A DNA stretch of 64,000 nt, taken from positions 1 to 64,000 of the forward strand of contig CAWEXO010000013.1 of assembly GCA_963813025.1 (NCBI GenBank). Reading direction: 5' to 3'. This document shows positions 53,865 through 64,000 of this stretch, in pieces; the first letter of the stretch is position 1; each line of letters opens with the position of its first letter. The position numbers and the translations under genes are program-made. The notes under the pieces are model-generated. The model saw nothing but the letters and a program-made list of their open reading frames with translations. It was not told where the DNA came from and ran no database searches. The DNA comes from an uncultured Verrucomicrobiae bacterium. GTDB lineage: Bacteria; Verrucomicrobiota; Verrucomicrobiia; Chthoniobacterales; JAFAMB01.

Positions 53865-54860
53865 ATGAAGAAGGATCAGAAGATTGTGATTGTTGGTACC
53901 GGCGGCACGATTTCGTCCCGCTATGATCCTTTGCAGGGCCGATTTATTGCTTCGGAAGAGGTGGAAGACATCGTTGCTTTGCTTCCTGACCGGACGGGCT
54001 TACCGCGAATCGAGTTCCAAAACTTTGCGAAGATCGCCAGTTTCGAGATGACCATCGAGATTGCGCATAATCTCGTCAAGCACGTGGCGGAACTTCTAGC
54101 GAGCCCTGCAGTTGGCGGAGTCGTCGTGACGCAGGGAACTGACACAATGGAGGAAACAAGTTTCTTGGCCGATCTATTGCTGCCCCGGGGAAAACCGGTC
54201 GTGTTTACCGGTGCTCAGTTGCCGCACGACCATCCACAGACAGACGGGCCGCGTAACATTCTAGATTCCGTTCGAGCCTGCGCTTCTCCAAAAGCCGTGG
54301 GATTGGGTGCGATGGTTTGCTTCAATGGAGAGCTGCACGCGGCTCGTGATGTGACGAAGGTCCACACCAGCGCACTCGAGACCTTCCAATCCTACGATCA
54401 CGGAGCTTTAGGCTGTGTTGACCAGCAGGACGTAGTCATTTTTCGGAGACCCGAGATTCAGCTTTCGCTTGCGGCAGACAAACTCGATAAACGCGTGGAT
54501 TTAATTCAGGCCGTTCTTGGCATCGATTCGCGGCCCGTTGACGCGGCGGTGTCAAAGGGCGTTGACGGCCTTGTTGTAGAAGCCTTTGGACGTGGAAACG
54601 CCACAACCGAATTCGGTCGCAGCGTGGCGCGTGCTTGCGCGGCGGGCGTTCCTGTTGTGGTGACATCACGCTGTCCGAGTGGCCGGGTCAAGCCGATTTA
54701 TGGCAGTGGCGGAGGTGGCGGTCGCGATTTGGAGGATGTTGGAGCGATTTTCGCCGGAGACCTGAAGGGGCCAAAAGCGCGTATTTTGTTGATCGTTGCC
54801 CTCAGTGACTCCGGTGGGCGGACAAAATTGCCCGAATTTTTTCGCACTATAGCACCATAA
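53865..54860 (+). CDS. Asparaginase/glutaminase
   Basis: GTGGTI, TQGTDTMEET, VFTGAQ, DGPRN, GRGN. Confidence 0.92.
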   Translation: MKKDQKIVIVGTGGTISSRYDPLQGRFIASEEVEDIVALLPDRTGLPRIEFQNFAKIASFEMTIEIAHNLVKHVAELLASPAVGGVVVTQGTDTMEETSFLADLLLPRGKPVVFTGAQLPHDHPQTDGPRNILDSVRACASPKAVGLGAMVCFNGELHAARDVTKVHTSALETFQSYDHGALGCVDQQDVVIFRRPEIQLSLAADKLDKRVDLIQAVLGIDSRPVDAAVSKGVDGLVVEAFGRGNATTEFGRSVARACAAGVPVVVTSRCPSGRVKPIYGSGGGGGRDLEDVGAIFAGDLKGPKARILLIVALSDSGGRTKLPEFFRTIAP

Positions 54861-55042
54861 GGAGAGGGCTCATGACGTAGAGAATCTCGGCAAGCCTTAC
54901 GGTTCACGAATCGGAAGCGATGCTCTGGCTCTCAGGCCGAATCGCAGTGACAGAGCTTAACTGTGGTTCTCGGAAACTGGATGATATCCGAGACGAACAA
55001 AAGTTACCGGTGTACGCCGGTTTTAAGAAAGATAGATCCATT

Positions 55043-55948
55043 ATGCCAAAAGAAATATTATGCGCCTTCGGTGTAGATGTTGATGCGGTAGCGGGATGGC
55101 TTGGTTCTTATGGGGGAGAAGATTCGCCAGATGATGTTTCGCGCGGGCTGTTTGCCGGCGAAGTGGGTTCGCCTCGATTGCTGAATCTCTTTCGGAAATA
55201 CAACCTACAAACAACCTGGTTTATACCTGGTCATTCGGCTGAGACCTTCCCCGATCAGATGAAACCCGTGGCGGACGCAGGTCATGAGATTGGTGTCCAC
55301 GGATACAGTCACGAAAATCCGATCGCAATGACTGGAGAACAGGAGGAAGCTATTCTGGACAAGTGTTTAGAAGTGCTCACCAAGCTTTCCGGTAAGCGTC
55401 CGACCGGCTACGTCGCTCCATGGTGGGAGTTCAGCCCGGTAACCAATGAACTGCTGCTGAAGCGAGGGATTAAGTACGATCACAGCTTGATGCACGATGA
55501 TTTTCATCCCTATTATGTCAGAGTAGGGGACCAGTGGACCAAGATCGACTACAGCAAGCATCCAGATGCCTGGATGAAGCCTTTAATTCGAGGCCAGGAA
55601 ACGGATCTTATCGAAATTCCAGCGAGCTGGTATCTTGATGACTTGCCGCCGATGATGTTCATCAAAAAGGCGCCCAATAGCCACGGATTCGTCAATCCGC
55701 GACAGCTCGAAGAAATGTGGCGGGACCAATTCGATTGGGTCTATCGAGAATACGACTACGCTGTCTTCGGCATGACGATTCATCCCGACGTGTCGGGTCG
55801 CCCACAGGTGTTGCTGATGTTAGAACGTCTGATTGAACACATTCAGAGCCACTCGGGAACACGTTTCCTTACATTCAATGCAATCGCCGACGATTTTTCC
55901 CGCCGTTTCCCGCGACAGAAAAAGACTCAAAGCGGAGGAATAAAATGA
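55043..55948 (+). CDS. Polysaccharide deacetylase family protein (HP0310/PuuE-like)
   Basis: [47 protein letters not shown]. Confidence 0.9.
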   Translation: MPKEILCAFGVDVDAVAGWLGSYGGEDSPDDVSRGLFAGEVGSPRLLNLFRKYNLQTTWFIPGHSAETFPDQMKPVADAGHEIGVHGYSHENPIAMTGEQEEAILDKCLEVLTKLSGKRPTGYVAPWWEFSPVTNELLLKRGIKYDHSLMHDDFHPYYVRVGDQWTKIDYSKHPDAWMKPLIRGQETDLIEIPASWYLDDLPPMMFIKKAPNSHGFVNPRQLEEMWRDQFDWVYREYDYAVFGMTIHPDVSGRPQVLLMLERLIEHIQSHSGTRFLTFNAIADDFSRRFPRQKKTQSGGIK

Positions 55949-57285
55949 AAACCAAAACGACGAGTGGAGCTTCCTGGGCTCTCCGCGGGATCACTCCAGC
56001 CGACGTTCGTTACGCCAGTTGGGTCGCTTTCTTTGCCTGGGTATTTGCGGTCTATGACTTCATTCTGTTTGGAACGCTACTCCCGGAAATCGGAAGGCAA
56101 TTCGGTTGGAGCGCCGCTGATCAGGCGGCGTTGGCGACCTGGGTAGCCGTTGGTACAGCGATCGTCGCCGTCGCCGTCGGTCCCATTGTCGATAAAGTAG
56201 GGCGACGGGCTGGGATGATTACGACCGTTGTGGGTGCGGCGATCTGTTCGTTTTTGACTGCGTTCGCGGGCGGCTTAGGCAAGGCCGTATTGACAATTGT
56301 TCGGTCGCTCTCGGGGATGGGTTATGCAGAGCAGACAGTGAACGCCACTTACCTCAATGAGATGTACGCTGCCGCAAATGATCCAAACCTCACTCGGCGC
56401 AAGGGTTTCATTTACAGTCTGGTCCAGGGAGGGTGGCCGATCGGAGCCCTGGTAGCGGCGGTGTTGACCGCCATTCTGCTGCCAGTCATTGGCTGGCAAG
56501 GTTGTTTTATTTTCGCGGCAATTCCGGGAATTGTGGTCGCATTCTTCGCGACCCGATTGAAGGAGAGTCCACAATTCGAGGGTCACCAGCGTATCGGGGA
56601 GCTGCTCCGGGCCGGCAACGAAACACAGGCGCGGAGCCTGGCCAACGAACTTAACGTCGACTATGAAGAACATCAAGCAACCGGGTTGGGGACAGTCTTT
56701 CGCGGAGAGGCGCTGCGGGCGACGCTGGCGATAGGCGGTGCGTTTCTACTGAACTGGTTTGCAATCCAGGTATTCGGTGTGCTGGGAACTACGGTTATCA
56801 CAAATGTTCATAAGGTAACGTTTGAAAACTCCTTGGTCATTTTGATTCTTTCCAATGTCGTCGGTTACTGCGGGTATCTGGCTCACGGTTACATGGGAGA
56901 CAAGATTGGCCGCAGAAAGGTGATTGCCATTGGTTGGATCCTGGGTGGTCTAGCCTTCTCGGCGATGCTCTTCGGTCCCAGCAACTTTGCAATCGTGGTG
57001 GCGCTTTACAGCTTGGGTCTCTTCTTCTTGATCGGCCCGTACTCTGCGCTGCTTTTCTTTATTGGCGAAAGCTACGCGACGGCGATTCGAGCCACAGGAG
57101 GCACGTTCATTAGTGCAACCGGGCCGATTGGTGCCATTCTGGCCGGCTTGGGCGCCACGGCTATTCTTCGTCAGGGTGGCGATTGGCGAACGGCCGCTTT
57201 CTTCTTTGGCGCAATTCCTTGTTTCATCTCGGGCCTGCTGGTTCTTTTTGCGAAGCATGTGGATCCGAAGGTTCTCAAATCGTGA
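55945..57285 (+). CDS. MFS transporter
   Basis: DKVGRR / GDKIGRR motifs, multiple TM helices. Confidence 0.9.
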   Translation: MKTKTTSGASWALRGITPADVRYASWVAFFAWVFAVYDFILFGTLLPEIGRQFGWSAADQAALATWVAVGTAIVAVAVGPIVDKVGRRAGMITTVVGAAICSFLTAFAGGLGKAVLTIVRSLSGMGYAEQTVNATYLNEMYAAANDPNLTRRKGFIYSLVQGGWPIGALVAAVLTAILLPVIGWQGCFIFAAIPGIVVAFFATRLKESPQFEGHQRIGELLRAGNETQARSLANELNVDYEEHQATGLGTVFRGEALRATLAIGGAFLLNWFAIQVFGVLGTTVITNVHKVTFENSLVILILSNVVGYCGYLAHGYMGDKIGRRKVIAIGWILGGLAFSAMLFGPSNFAIVVALYSLGLFFLIGPYSALLFFIGESYATAIRATGGTFISATGPIGAILAGLGATAILRQGGDWRTAAFFFGAIPCFISGLLVLFAKHVDPKVLKS

Positions 57286-57334
57286 GGTTAAACTACTGGC
57301 CTAACAAAATTTTGCCTTAAGAGGACCAAAAGTT

Positions 57335-57637
57335 ATGTGCGGTCTTTGCGGATTATTGGGGGAAGAAGCGCATTGGTCAGGATCAATCAAAAGCGGCCTG
57401 CCAAATCGGCAAGAGCGGATCCAACGAATTGCGCAGGCTAATCGGATACTGGGCTTCTACAAGCTTCGACTGGAGGATTTTCAGGGAGTTTCCTTCGTGC
57501 TCGCAAGTCCGACGGGACGCCGGGAAATTGTCTCGGATCTTGGACAGGTTTGGCGTATGGCTGAAGAAATCTCCGGACGTCTTTTGGATCCGTTGGACCC
57601 AGCTCTTTTGGCTGACTTGGAAGGGATTCGCTCGTGA
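57335..57637 (+). CDS. Small hypothetical protein with N-terminal MCGLCG...HW motif
   Basis: SD-like gagga upstream; GTGA overlap with COG0523 gene. Confidence 0.75.
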   Translation: MCGLCGLLGEEAHWSGSIKSGLPNRQERIQRIAQANRILGFYKLRLEDFQGVSFVLASPTGRREIVSDLGQVWRMAEEISGRLLDPLDPALLADLEGIRS

Positions 57638-58671
57638 CCGGTGCGGCCTTCGACATTATCCCGGTGAACGTTGTAACAGGCTTTCTTGGGAGTGGTAAAA
57701 CGACCTTGTTACGGCGACTTCTCTCCTCTGATCATTCAGGAGAAACAGCCGTCTTGATCAATGAGCTCGGTGAAATCGGAATTGACCATTTGCTGGTAAG
57801 TGAGATTGCGCCGGACGTCGTTTTGTTAAAAAGCGGTTGCGTTTGCTGCTCAATCCGAGGGGAGCTGAAAGATGCCTTTATTCAGCTCTTTTCAAGACGC
57901 CAGAAAGGCGAGATCCCACCGTTCCGACGGGTCGTTGTCGAGACCACTGGGCTGGCGGACCCAGCGCCTATTTTGGCGACACTTTTGGCAGACCCGGTAC
58001 TACGTCACCATTTCAGGCTCGGATTGGTTATCACTGTCGTTGACTGCGTCAACGCGTCGGACCAAAAGCGCTCATATCCGGAATGGACTGCCCAGGTAAC
58101 AGCGGCAGACCGATTGATCATCAGCAAGGCGGACCTGGCTGTTCAGGAAAGGAGTGCATTGCTCCAAAGCCTTCTGGCTGAGCTGAACTCTGCTGCCCCG
58201 GTCTTTTTAGCCTCTGAGATTCATCCCGGCGACCTGCTCTTGCTTGACGCGGGCCTGCATGGCGCTCAACCCGAATCCGAGGTCAAGCACTGGATGGATC
58301 GGTTCGACAGTTCACCGATCGGTGTCGTAGCAGGCGACGATGAGGCCGATTCAAATTGGCACCATCGCGATGGGGTCAGATCTTTCTGCCTGGTCTTTGA
58401 AAAACAGATCAACTGGACGGGATTCGGATTGTGGCTGTCGATGCTTCTGAATCGTCACGGTCGCAACATTCTGCGAGTCAAGGGCATCCTGAACGTGAGC
58501 GGGACTGAGTACCCGGTTGCTATTCACGGAGTGCAACACCTGGTGCACCCCCCGGTTCATCTGCCCGACTGGCCAGATCACGACCGGCGATCGAGGATTG
58601 TGTTCATCGTTCGTAACATCGAACAACAAGCGGTGGAACGATCGTTTAAAACTTTTTGCGAACGTCTTTAA
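57634..58671 (+). CDS. COG0523/CobW-family GTPase
   Basis: GFLGSGKTT, SGCVCC, ETTGLADP, LRVKG. Confidence 0.92.
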   Translation: MTGAAFDIIPVNVVTGFLGSGKTTLLRRLLSSDHSGETAVLINELGEIGIDHLLVSEIAPDVVLLKSGCVCCSIRGELKDAFIQLFSRRQKGEIPPFRRVVVETTGLADPAPILATLLADPVLRHHFRLGLVITVVDCVNASDQKRSYPEWTAQVTAADRLIISKADLAVQERSALLQSLLAELNSAAPVFLASEIHPGDLLLLDAGLHGAQPESEVKHWMDRFDSSPIGVVAGDDEADSNWHHRDGVRSFCLVFEKQINWTGFGLWLSMLLNRHGRNILRVKGILNVSGTEYPVAIHGVQHLVHPPVHLPDWPDHDRRSRIVFIVRNIEQQAVERSFKTFCERL

Positions 58672-58702
58672 AATGAAATTTTCTCCGGTTAGGGAATGAT
58701 CA

Positions 58703-60223
58703 ATGGGTTCACCGGGTCCAATTCTGCAAGCGACCAATCTTCATAAGCGCTACGGAGCAACTCTCGCGCTAGAAGAGGTTTCATTCGCTCTTTATCCTGC
58801 CGAAGTCTGTGGCTTACTAGGCGAAAATGGCGCGGGGAAATCGACGCTGGTGAAGATTCTGAGCGGTATTGTTCAACCCGATCGCGGTGAGATTACGCTC
58901 GGTGGCAAAGCGTATCAGCCGCGCAACATCACGGAGGCCAAGGCTCGCGGAGTGTCGACAGCGTTCCAGGAATTAAGTCTCATTCCTACTCTAAGTGTTG
59001 CGGTGAATCTTTTTCTTCCGCATCCGAAGACGAACATGATGCGCTTGATCTCAATGCGCACCATCGAGGCGGCGGCAGATGCCGCCCTGAACCAGTACGG
59101 CGTGTCCGAGCTTTCTCCATCCGCACTGATAGGCGACCTGCCCTTGGGTTTGCGTCAGCGCGTTGAGATCGTCCGTGCAATGTTGCAGAAGCCGCGTGTC
59201 CTGCTGTTGGACGAACCAACCGCCGCCTTGACGAATCGAGAGTGGCTATTCGGCCTCATTGACGCTTTTATTGCTCGCGGCACTGCGATTGTTTACATCA
59301 CGCATCGATTGGATGAGGCACGCCGTCTCTGCACGCGATGTATCATTTTACGCAATGGCAAAAAGGTATCGGACGCACCTATCGACGCGACCACCGACGA
59401 TGATATTTTTAGCAAAATGGCAGGCCGCTCTGCGGTCGAGACATATCCTGTTCGGGAGCGGAATGTTACAAAATCCGTACCTCCGGCCTTGGAAAGCAAT
59501 AATTTATTTGCTGAGAGTGTTAACGATGTAACTTTTCAAATCCGGCGGGGCGAGGTACTCGGGATTGCAGCATTAGAAGGACAGGGACAATCGCACTTGT
59601 TCAAAGCATTAGTTGGTTTGGTCCCTCTTAGGCAAGGGAGAATTGCGGTCGATGGGAAGCCTGTTTTTGTTGGATCACCCCGTGCCGCGCGGGCAGTCGG
59701 GATCGTGCTGGTGCCCGAAGAGAGAAAGAGCGAGGGAATATTCAAGGATCTGAGTACGGCGGCCAACATTTCGATTCCAATCATCGACAAGGCATCCCGA
59801 CTCAATTTGATTCGCAGCAAAATAGAGAGGCAACTAGTCGCGCGCGCAGCTGGTCGCGTTGACTTGAATGGTCGTTATCTGCGCCCAAACATCAGTGCAA
59901 TCTCGGGAGGCAACCAGCAGAAGGCGATTCTTGCGCGATCTCTCTTGGCGGAGCCAAGAATCCTGCTGCTCTTCGATCCGACCCGTGGCGTCGACGTCGG
60001 GACGAAGCAGAGCATTTATCAGGTGATCCATAGGTTTGCTTCTGAAGGCGGCTCGGCTCTACTCTACTCAACTGAGCTTGATGAGCTTGTGCATCTCTGT
60101 GACCGTTGCTTGGTGATTTATCGCGGGGCGATCGTCGCCGAAGTGACGGATAACGAATTAAATTCGCACCTCCTCCTGTCGCTCGCGGCGGGCCACAAGC
60201 TCCACCGCAACCAGACAAAGTGA
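58703..60223 (+). CDS. Sugar ABC transporter ATP-binding protein (two NBDs)
   Basis: GENGAGKST, LDEPT, SGGNQQK, DPTRGVDVG. Confidence 0.93.
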   Translation: MGSPGPILQATNLHKRYGATLALEEVSFALYPAEVCGLLGENGAGKSTLVKILSGIVQPDRGEITLGGKAYQPRNITEAKARGVSTAFQELSLIPTLSVAVNLFLPHPKTNMMRLISMRTIEAAADAALNQYGVSELSPSALIGDLPLGLRQRVEIVRAMLQKPRVLLLDEPTAALTNREWLFGLIDAFIARGTAIVYITHRLDEARRLCTRCIILRNGKKVSDAPIDATTDDDIFSKMAGRSAVETYPVRERNVTKSVPPALESNNLFAESVNDVTFQIRRGEVLGIAALEGQGQSHLFKALVGLVPLRQGRIAVDGKPVFVGSPRAARAVGIVLVPEERKSEGIFKDLSTAANISIPIIDKASRLNLIRSKIERQLVARAAGRVDLNGRYLRPNISAISGGNQQKAILARSLLAEPRILLLFDPTRGVDVGTKQSIYQVIHRFASEGGSALLYSTELDELVHLCDRCLVIYRGAIVAEVTDNELNSHLLLSLAAGHKLHRNQTK

Positions 60224-60353
60224 CTAGTGCACCGTCTCATATATACCGATGATGTCGTTGCGTTCAAAATGGGCCGCCGGCTCGGACCGCGCCTTGAAAA
60301 ACAGCCAACTGACCTGCGGCGACGTCATCGTTATACATGAGACGGCACACTAG
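60224..60353. mobile_element. Internally deleted copy of the CTAG-ended MITE
   Basis: ctagtgcaccgtctcat ... atgagacggcacactag; shares both ends with 37742-38056. Confidence 0.85.
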
Positions 60354-60381
60354 AGGTGACCGTACCCAGGTTTATAGCACA

Positions 60382-61365
60382 ATGCCACACAGACCACGCG
60401 AAAAAGGCAGACGGATCCCAGCGAGCGTTTTTCCTGCGCTTCTTTGCTTGATCATGTTTGCGGTTTATTTCAGCAAGGCACCTTCTGCAATGAGTCTCTC
60501 CGGGATTGTGGATTTGTTAAATAACACAATCGTACTCGCTTTGGCGGCGGCGGGTTTGACTTTAGTCATTCTGACAGCCGAACTGGACCTTTCTTCAGTA
60601 GGCGTAATCGCGATAACAAATGTAGTGGTCGCGACTGTTAGTACTAGCTTGCCTGCTGGAGCTCTCGTCAGCTTCCTTCTTGTCTGTCTCATCGGAGCAT
60701 TGGTAGGATTGATCAATGGCTGGTTTGTCGCTGGCCTTCATCTGCAATCATTAGCTTGCACCTTGGGCAGTATGATCGTGTGCCAAGGGATTGCCCTGCT
60801 GATTCTGCCCGCCCCGGGAGGTGACGTCGCAGCTTTCATAATGAACCGTTTGACGGACAAGGTTTTTGGCGTGGTGCCGGTCGCAGGCCTGATTTTGGCT
60901 CTTGTGATTGTGGGATGGTTGCTTCTTCGACGAACGAGATTTGGTATCGCACTTTACGCGGTTGGTACGGATGCGGTCGCTTCTCGCCTGAGCGGTCTCG
61001 ATGTAGAGCGAACCAAGCTGTTCGCTTTTACTTTGGCCGGCATTGCATATGCCGTAGCCGGCTACCTGCTGAGCGCACAGACAGGCACTGGCGATCCGCG
61101 TGTCAGTGATTCGTTTTTGCTTTATGTCTTTGCAGCGGTGGCAATTGGCGGGACGTCGCTTGGAGGCGGTCAAGGTGGAGTAATTGGCAGTGTCATTGGG
61201 GCGGCCATACTGGCCGTCATGCAAAAGATGCTTTTCGCACTAGGGGTGGCGGAGTTTTACACGAATATTTTTAACGGGCTGATCATGATAGTGGCCATCC
61301 TGTTTGGAAATCTGGCGAGCCTGATCGCGGTACGTCAAAGGATCAGGCCGTCCAGCATAGCATAA
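60382..61365 (+). CDS. Sugar ABC transporter permease
   Basis: ELDLSS, AAVAIGGTSLGGG. Confidence 0.9.
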   Translation: MPHRPREKGRRIPASVFPALLCLIMFAVYFSKAPSAMSLSGIVDLLNNTIVLALAAAGLTLVILTAELDLSSVGVIAITNVVVATVSTSLPAGALVSFLLVCLIGALVGLINGWFVAGLHLQSLACTLGSMIVCQGIALLILPAPGGDVAAFIMNRLTDKVFGVVPVAGLILALVIVGWLLLRRTRFGIALYAVGTDAVASRLSGLDVERTKLFAFTLAGIAYAVAGYLLSAQTGTGDPRVSDSFLLYVFAAVAIGGTSLGGGQGGVIGSVIGAAILAVMQKMLFALGVAEFYTNIFNGLIMIVAILFGNLASLIAVRQRIRPSSIA

Positions 61366-61398
61366 AGTAGCATTACTCGTGCCTCTTAAGGATTGGAA

Positions 61399-62430
61399 AT
61401 GAACGAGAACAAACCATGGCACCGGGGTGTAGCTCCGGAGACGCGGACTGCGTTTATCGTCTTGCTCGCGGCCATCCTGCTGCTGTTGGCAATGAAAGGG
61501 TTAAATCCGGGTTTCGGTTCGCTCGAACAGATAGCAGCAATTCTCAATACTTCCATTTTTCTAGTGGTTGCATCATTTGGCCAAGGCCTGGTGATCCTGC
61601 TCGGGGGGATTGATCTTTCGCTGGGCGTCGTCATGAGCATCGGCGGAATGATGATTGCCGCGCTAACGAACGGTTCAAATGACGCTTTAGTTTGGGCCCT
61701 CCCAGCTACGCTGATCAGCTGCATCGCGATTGGTGTACTAAACGGGCTGGGAATCGCCTTTCTAAAGATTCCTCCTTTTATCATGACTTTGGCCATGGGG
61801 ACGACGTTTTTTGGAATTGCCCTTGGTCTCACCGCCGGCAGTTCCCAACGGACGGTTGCGCCTGCCCTGCAAGAGTTAATGAGCAATCGTATTTACGAAA
61901 TCCCGATTCCAGTTCTGTTGATCGGCTGCTTCCTGGTTGTCGGTTCCCTTTTGCAGGGCGGTACTGCAGGGGGTCGCAAGCTCTATGCTGTCGGTAGTAG
62001 TGTGACTGCAGCCCGAGTTGTCGGATTACCGATTGAGGCGCTCACGGTAGTGGTTTACTCCATCAGCGCGCTGTGCGCCGGAATAGCAGGGCTGCTTTTG
62101 GCCGGTTATTCGTCAAGTGCTACGCTGGACATGGGAGATCCGTTCCTGCTGCCAACGATCGCGGCCGTTGTAGTCGGCGGAGCAAGCGTGACCGGTGGTA
62201 AGGGGATCTATCTCGGGACATTTTGCGGTGCGCTTTTCTTAAGCGTGCTGTCCACAATTATCACCGTATTGAGTCTTTCGCAGGGATGGCGCAACATCAT
62301 TCAAGGAGGGATCATTGTCATCGCACTAGTCCTACAAACCAGAGATTGGAAACTATGGAAAGCACTAAATCGAACGCCCGGCAAACGGACGCCATACCCC
62401 ACACTTATCCACGATTCGGAGCTAAAATGA
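61399..62430 (+). CDS. Sugar ABC transporter permease
   Basis: GGIDLSLG, IPPFIMTLA, IAAVVVGGAS. Confidence 0.9.
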   Translation: MNENKPWHRGVAPETRTAFIVLLAAILLLLAMKGLNPGFGSLEQIAAILNTSIFLVVASFGQGLVILLGGIDLSLGVVMSIGGMMIAALTNGSNDALVWALPATLISCIAIGVLNGLGIAFLKIPPFIMTLAMGTTFFGIALGLTAGSSQRTVAPALQELMSNRIYEIPIPVLLIGCFLVVGSLLQGGTAGGRKLYAVGSSVTAARVVGLPIEALTVVVYSISALCAGIAGLLLAGYSSSATLDMGDPFLLPTIAAVVVGGASVTGGKGIYLGTFCGALFLSVLSTIITVLSLSQGWRNIIQGGIIVIALVLQTRDWKLWKALNRTPGKRTPYPTLIHDSELK

Positions 62431-63638
62431 CCAGGTGTCTTGCGAGTGCAGCCGTTATCGGCTTTTGTGCGTTCGCTCTCAGCGCGGAGCGCATACACGC
62501 TCAGGAGAAGCCGAAAGACAAGGTCTTTCTCGATATGAGCTATAGTGGTAACACCTGGCAAGCTTCTGCTGCAAACGACATCAAAGCCTTGGCTTCAACG
62601 CCTCCTTATGCCGGAATGATCGAGTTCAAGACCGTCATTTCAGGGACCGACGTCCAGCGGCAGATATCCGATATCCAGAGCATGGTGGCTGCGGGTGCAA
62701 AGGCGATCATCATCTATCCGCTGTCCCCGACCGCCTTAAACCGCGTAATCCGGCAAGCAACCGACAAAAAGGTTGTCGTCTTTACCTACGATTCAACCGT
62801 GACAGAACCATCGGCCTACAATGTGAGCAACATCACGGCACGCTACGGAGCAAATACTGCTCAGTGGATGGTTAACCAGTTGGGTGGCAAAGGGGAAGTT
62901 ATCTTTAACCACGGAGTCGCTGGAACCGCCGTGACAAAGACCTATGATGAGCAGGCGTACAACATTTTTCATAGATATCCCGGGATCAAGATCGTTGGCG
63001 ATTTTTACGGCAACTGGAACGACGCGACTTCGGAGGAAGGAGTCTCCAGGATTCTGGCGGCCCATCCTAACGTGGATGGCATATGGACAGTAGACGGCAC
63101 TTACGGATCGCTTCAGGCAGTATTAAAGAATCGGCCGAACCGGCTTGTCGTTATCGCTGGTCAATCGAATAACGGATACAGGTCGATGATGGCAGATCCA
63201 GCGCTGCAAGCGAAAGGGCTCAAGGGTATTTCCTCGAGTGCTGGTCCCGCCGTCGGTGGTTACGCGTTCAAGCTCATGATGGAAGTGGTGTCGGGCAAAA
63301 AGACTCTCACTGGTCACAACATTGAATATCCGCTGCCGTGGGTCGAGGCTAATGACATCAAAATGTGTGCTGGCGACAAGTTCGAGAATGGTTGCAATGT
63401 GTTTCCCGAAGGCAAAGTGCCTCCATTGTTTCTTGATACTGCCCTGGATCCAAAATTTCTCCCTGAGCTAAGCCTGGCGTCAGTTCAGACCGGTAATCCC
63501 ACTCCCGGAGCAACGATTCAGCCTCTTCCGGAAGTAAAATACGCAGATAATCTTCCAGGCATCAATTGTCAGGATTGTAAGGCTCCGGCAGACGTCCTTG
63601 AGCCGAATCTCGTTAAGCCAATACCTGTCCCGAAATAA
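62427..63638 (+). CDS. Sugar ABC substrate-binding protein
   Basis: Signal peptide; SYSGNTWQ, QISDIQSMVAAGAKAI, type I periplasmic binding fold motifs. Confidence 0.88.
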   Translation: MTRCLASAAVIGFCAFALSAERIHAQEKPKDKVFLDMSYSGNTWQASAANDIKALASTPPYAGMIEFKTVISGTDVQRQISDIQSMVAAGAKAIIIYPLSPTALNRVIRQATDKKVVVFTYDSTVTEPSAYNVSNITARYGANTAQWMVNQLGGKGEVIFNHGVAGTAVTKTYDEQAYNIFHRYPGIKIVGDFYGNWNDATSEEGVSRILAAHPNVDGIWTVDGTYGSLQAVLKNRPNRLVVIAGQSNNGYRSMMADPALQAKGLKGISSSAGPAVGGYAFKLMMEVVSGKKTLTGHNIEYPLPWVEANDIKMCAGDKFENGCNVFPEGKVPPLFLDTALDPKFLPELSLASVQTGNPTPGATIQPLPEVKYADNLPGINCQDCKAPADVLEPNLVKPIPVPK

Positions 63639-63700
63639 GGTGAATTCTTATTCGCCAAAGCCCCGTTTCAGCCAGATAGGAAACTCCAAACACTCGGTCT

Positions 63701-64000
63701 ATGCGAGTTATCGAGATCCGAGAGAAGACGGTGAGGATCGCATCCTCGATTGCGAATGCGTACATCGATTTTTCGGCGATGACCTGTTCCGTAGTAGCGG
63801 TCATCACCGATGCGGTCAGGAAAGGACGTCCGATCGTGGGATACGGGTTTAGTTCGAACGGACGGTACGGTCAAGGCGCCTTGATCAGGGAACGCTTTGC
63901 TCCGCGCATTTTGCGCGCTGATCCGAATGCACTGGTGGATCAGTCGGGCGAAAATCTGAATCCCAAGCGAATCTGGGAGTGCATGATGCAGAATGAGAAG
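63701..64000 (+). CDS. Mandelate racemase/enolase family, D-tartrate dehydratase-like (partial, runs off window)
   Basis: MRVIEIREKT..IANAYIDFSAMTCSVVAVITD...GYGFSSNGRYGQG..IRERF. Confidence 0.82.
   Translation, partial: MRVIEIREKTVRIASSIANAYIDFSAMTCSVVAVITDAVRKGRPIVGYGFSSNGRYGQGALIRERFAPRILRADPNALVDQSGENLNPKRIWECMMQNEK

Overview
Bacterial DNA, probably soil Verrucomicrobiota (Chthoniobacterales/Spartobacteria-like; inferred from L28, GlyQS, Rph, LpxK and DUF5069 style). 1-8.3 kb is a decayed accessory island: an internally deleted hipBA with three intact operators, IS1380 and IS66 fragments, a secreted beta-propeller protein with a duplicated ~200-aa C-terminal domain, vapBC, an integrase remnant beside a tmRNA/tRNA-Ala 3'-end (att-like) fragment, and an apparently autoregulated RHH + coiled-coil gene pair. 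8.36-18.49 kb is a ~10-kb near-palindrome centred at ~13430: the right arm carries an intact sugar ABC/oxidoreductase operon and the left arm is an indel-riddled reverse-complement copy, most likely a long-read fold-back artefact. Next come two IS110 elements with long upstream non-coding ends (bridge-RNA candidates), a RAYT with REPs, IS630, a deleted IS256, CTAG-ended MITEs and housekeeping genes (lpxK, thrB, rph, gmd, rpmB, glyQS plus a diverged partial tandem duplicate, proBA). From 46.6 kb is an uncharacterised catabolic cluster around a GntR/FadR regulator (ABC systems, CoA transferase, crotonase, asparaginase, deacetylase, MFS, CxxC protein + COG0523, tartrate-dehydratase-like enolase); its left part is heavily frameshifted. 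No CRISPR array, rRNA or complete tRNA was seen. All calls are by-eye motif recognition; no database search was run.
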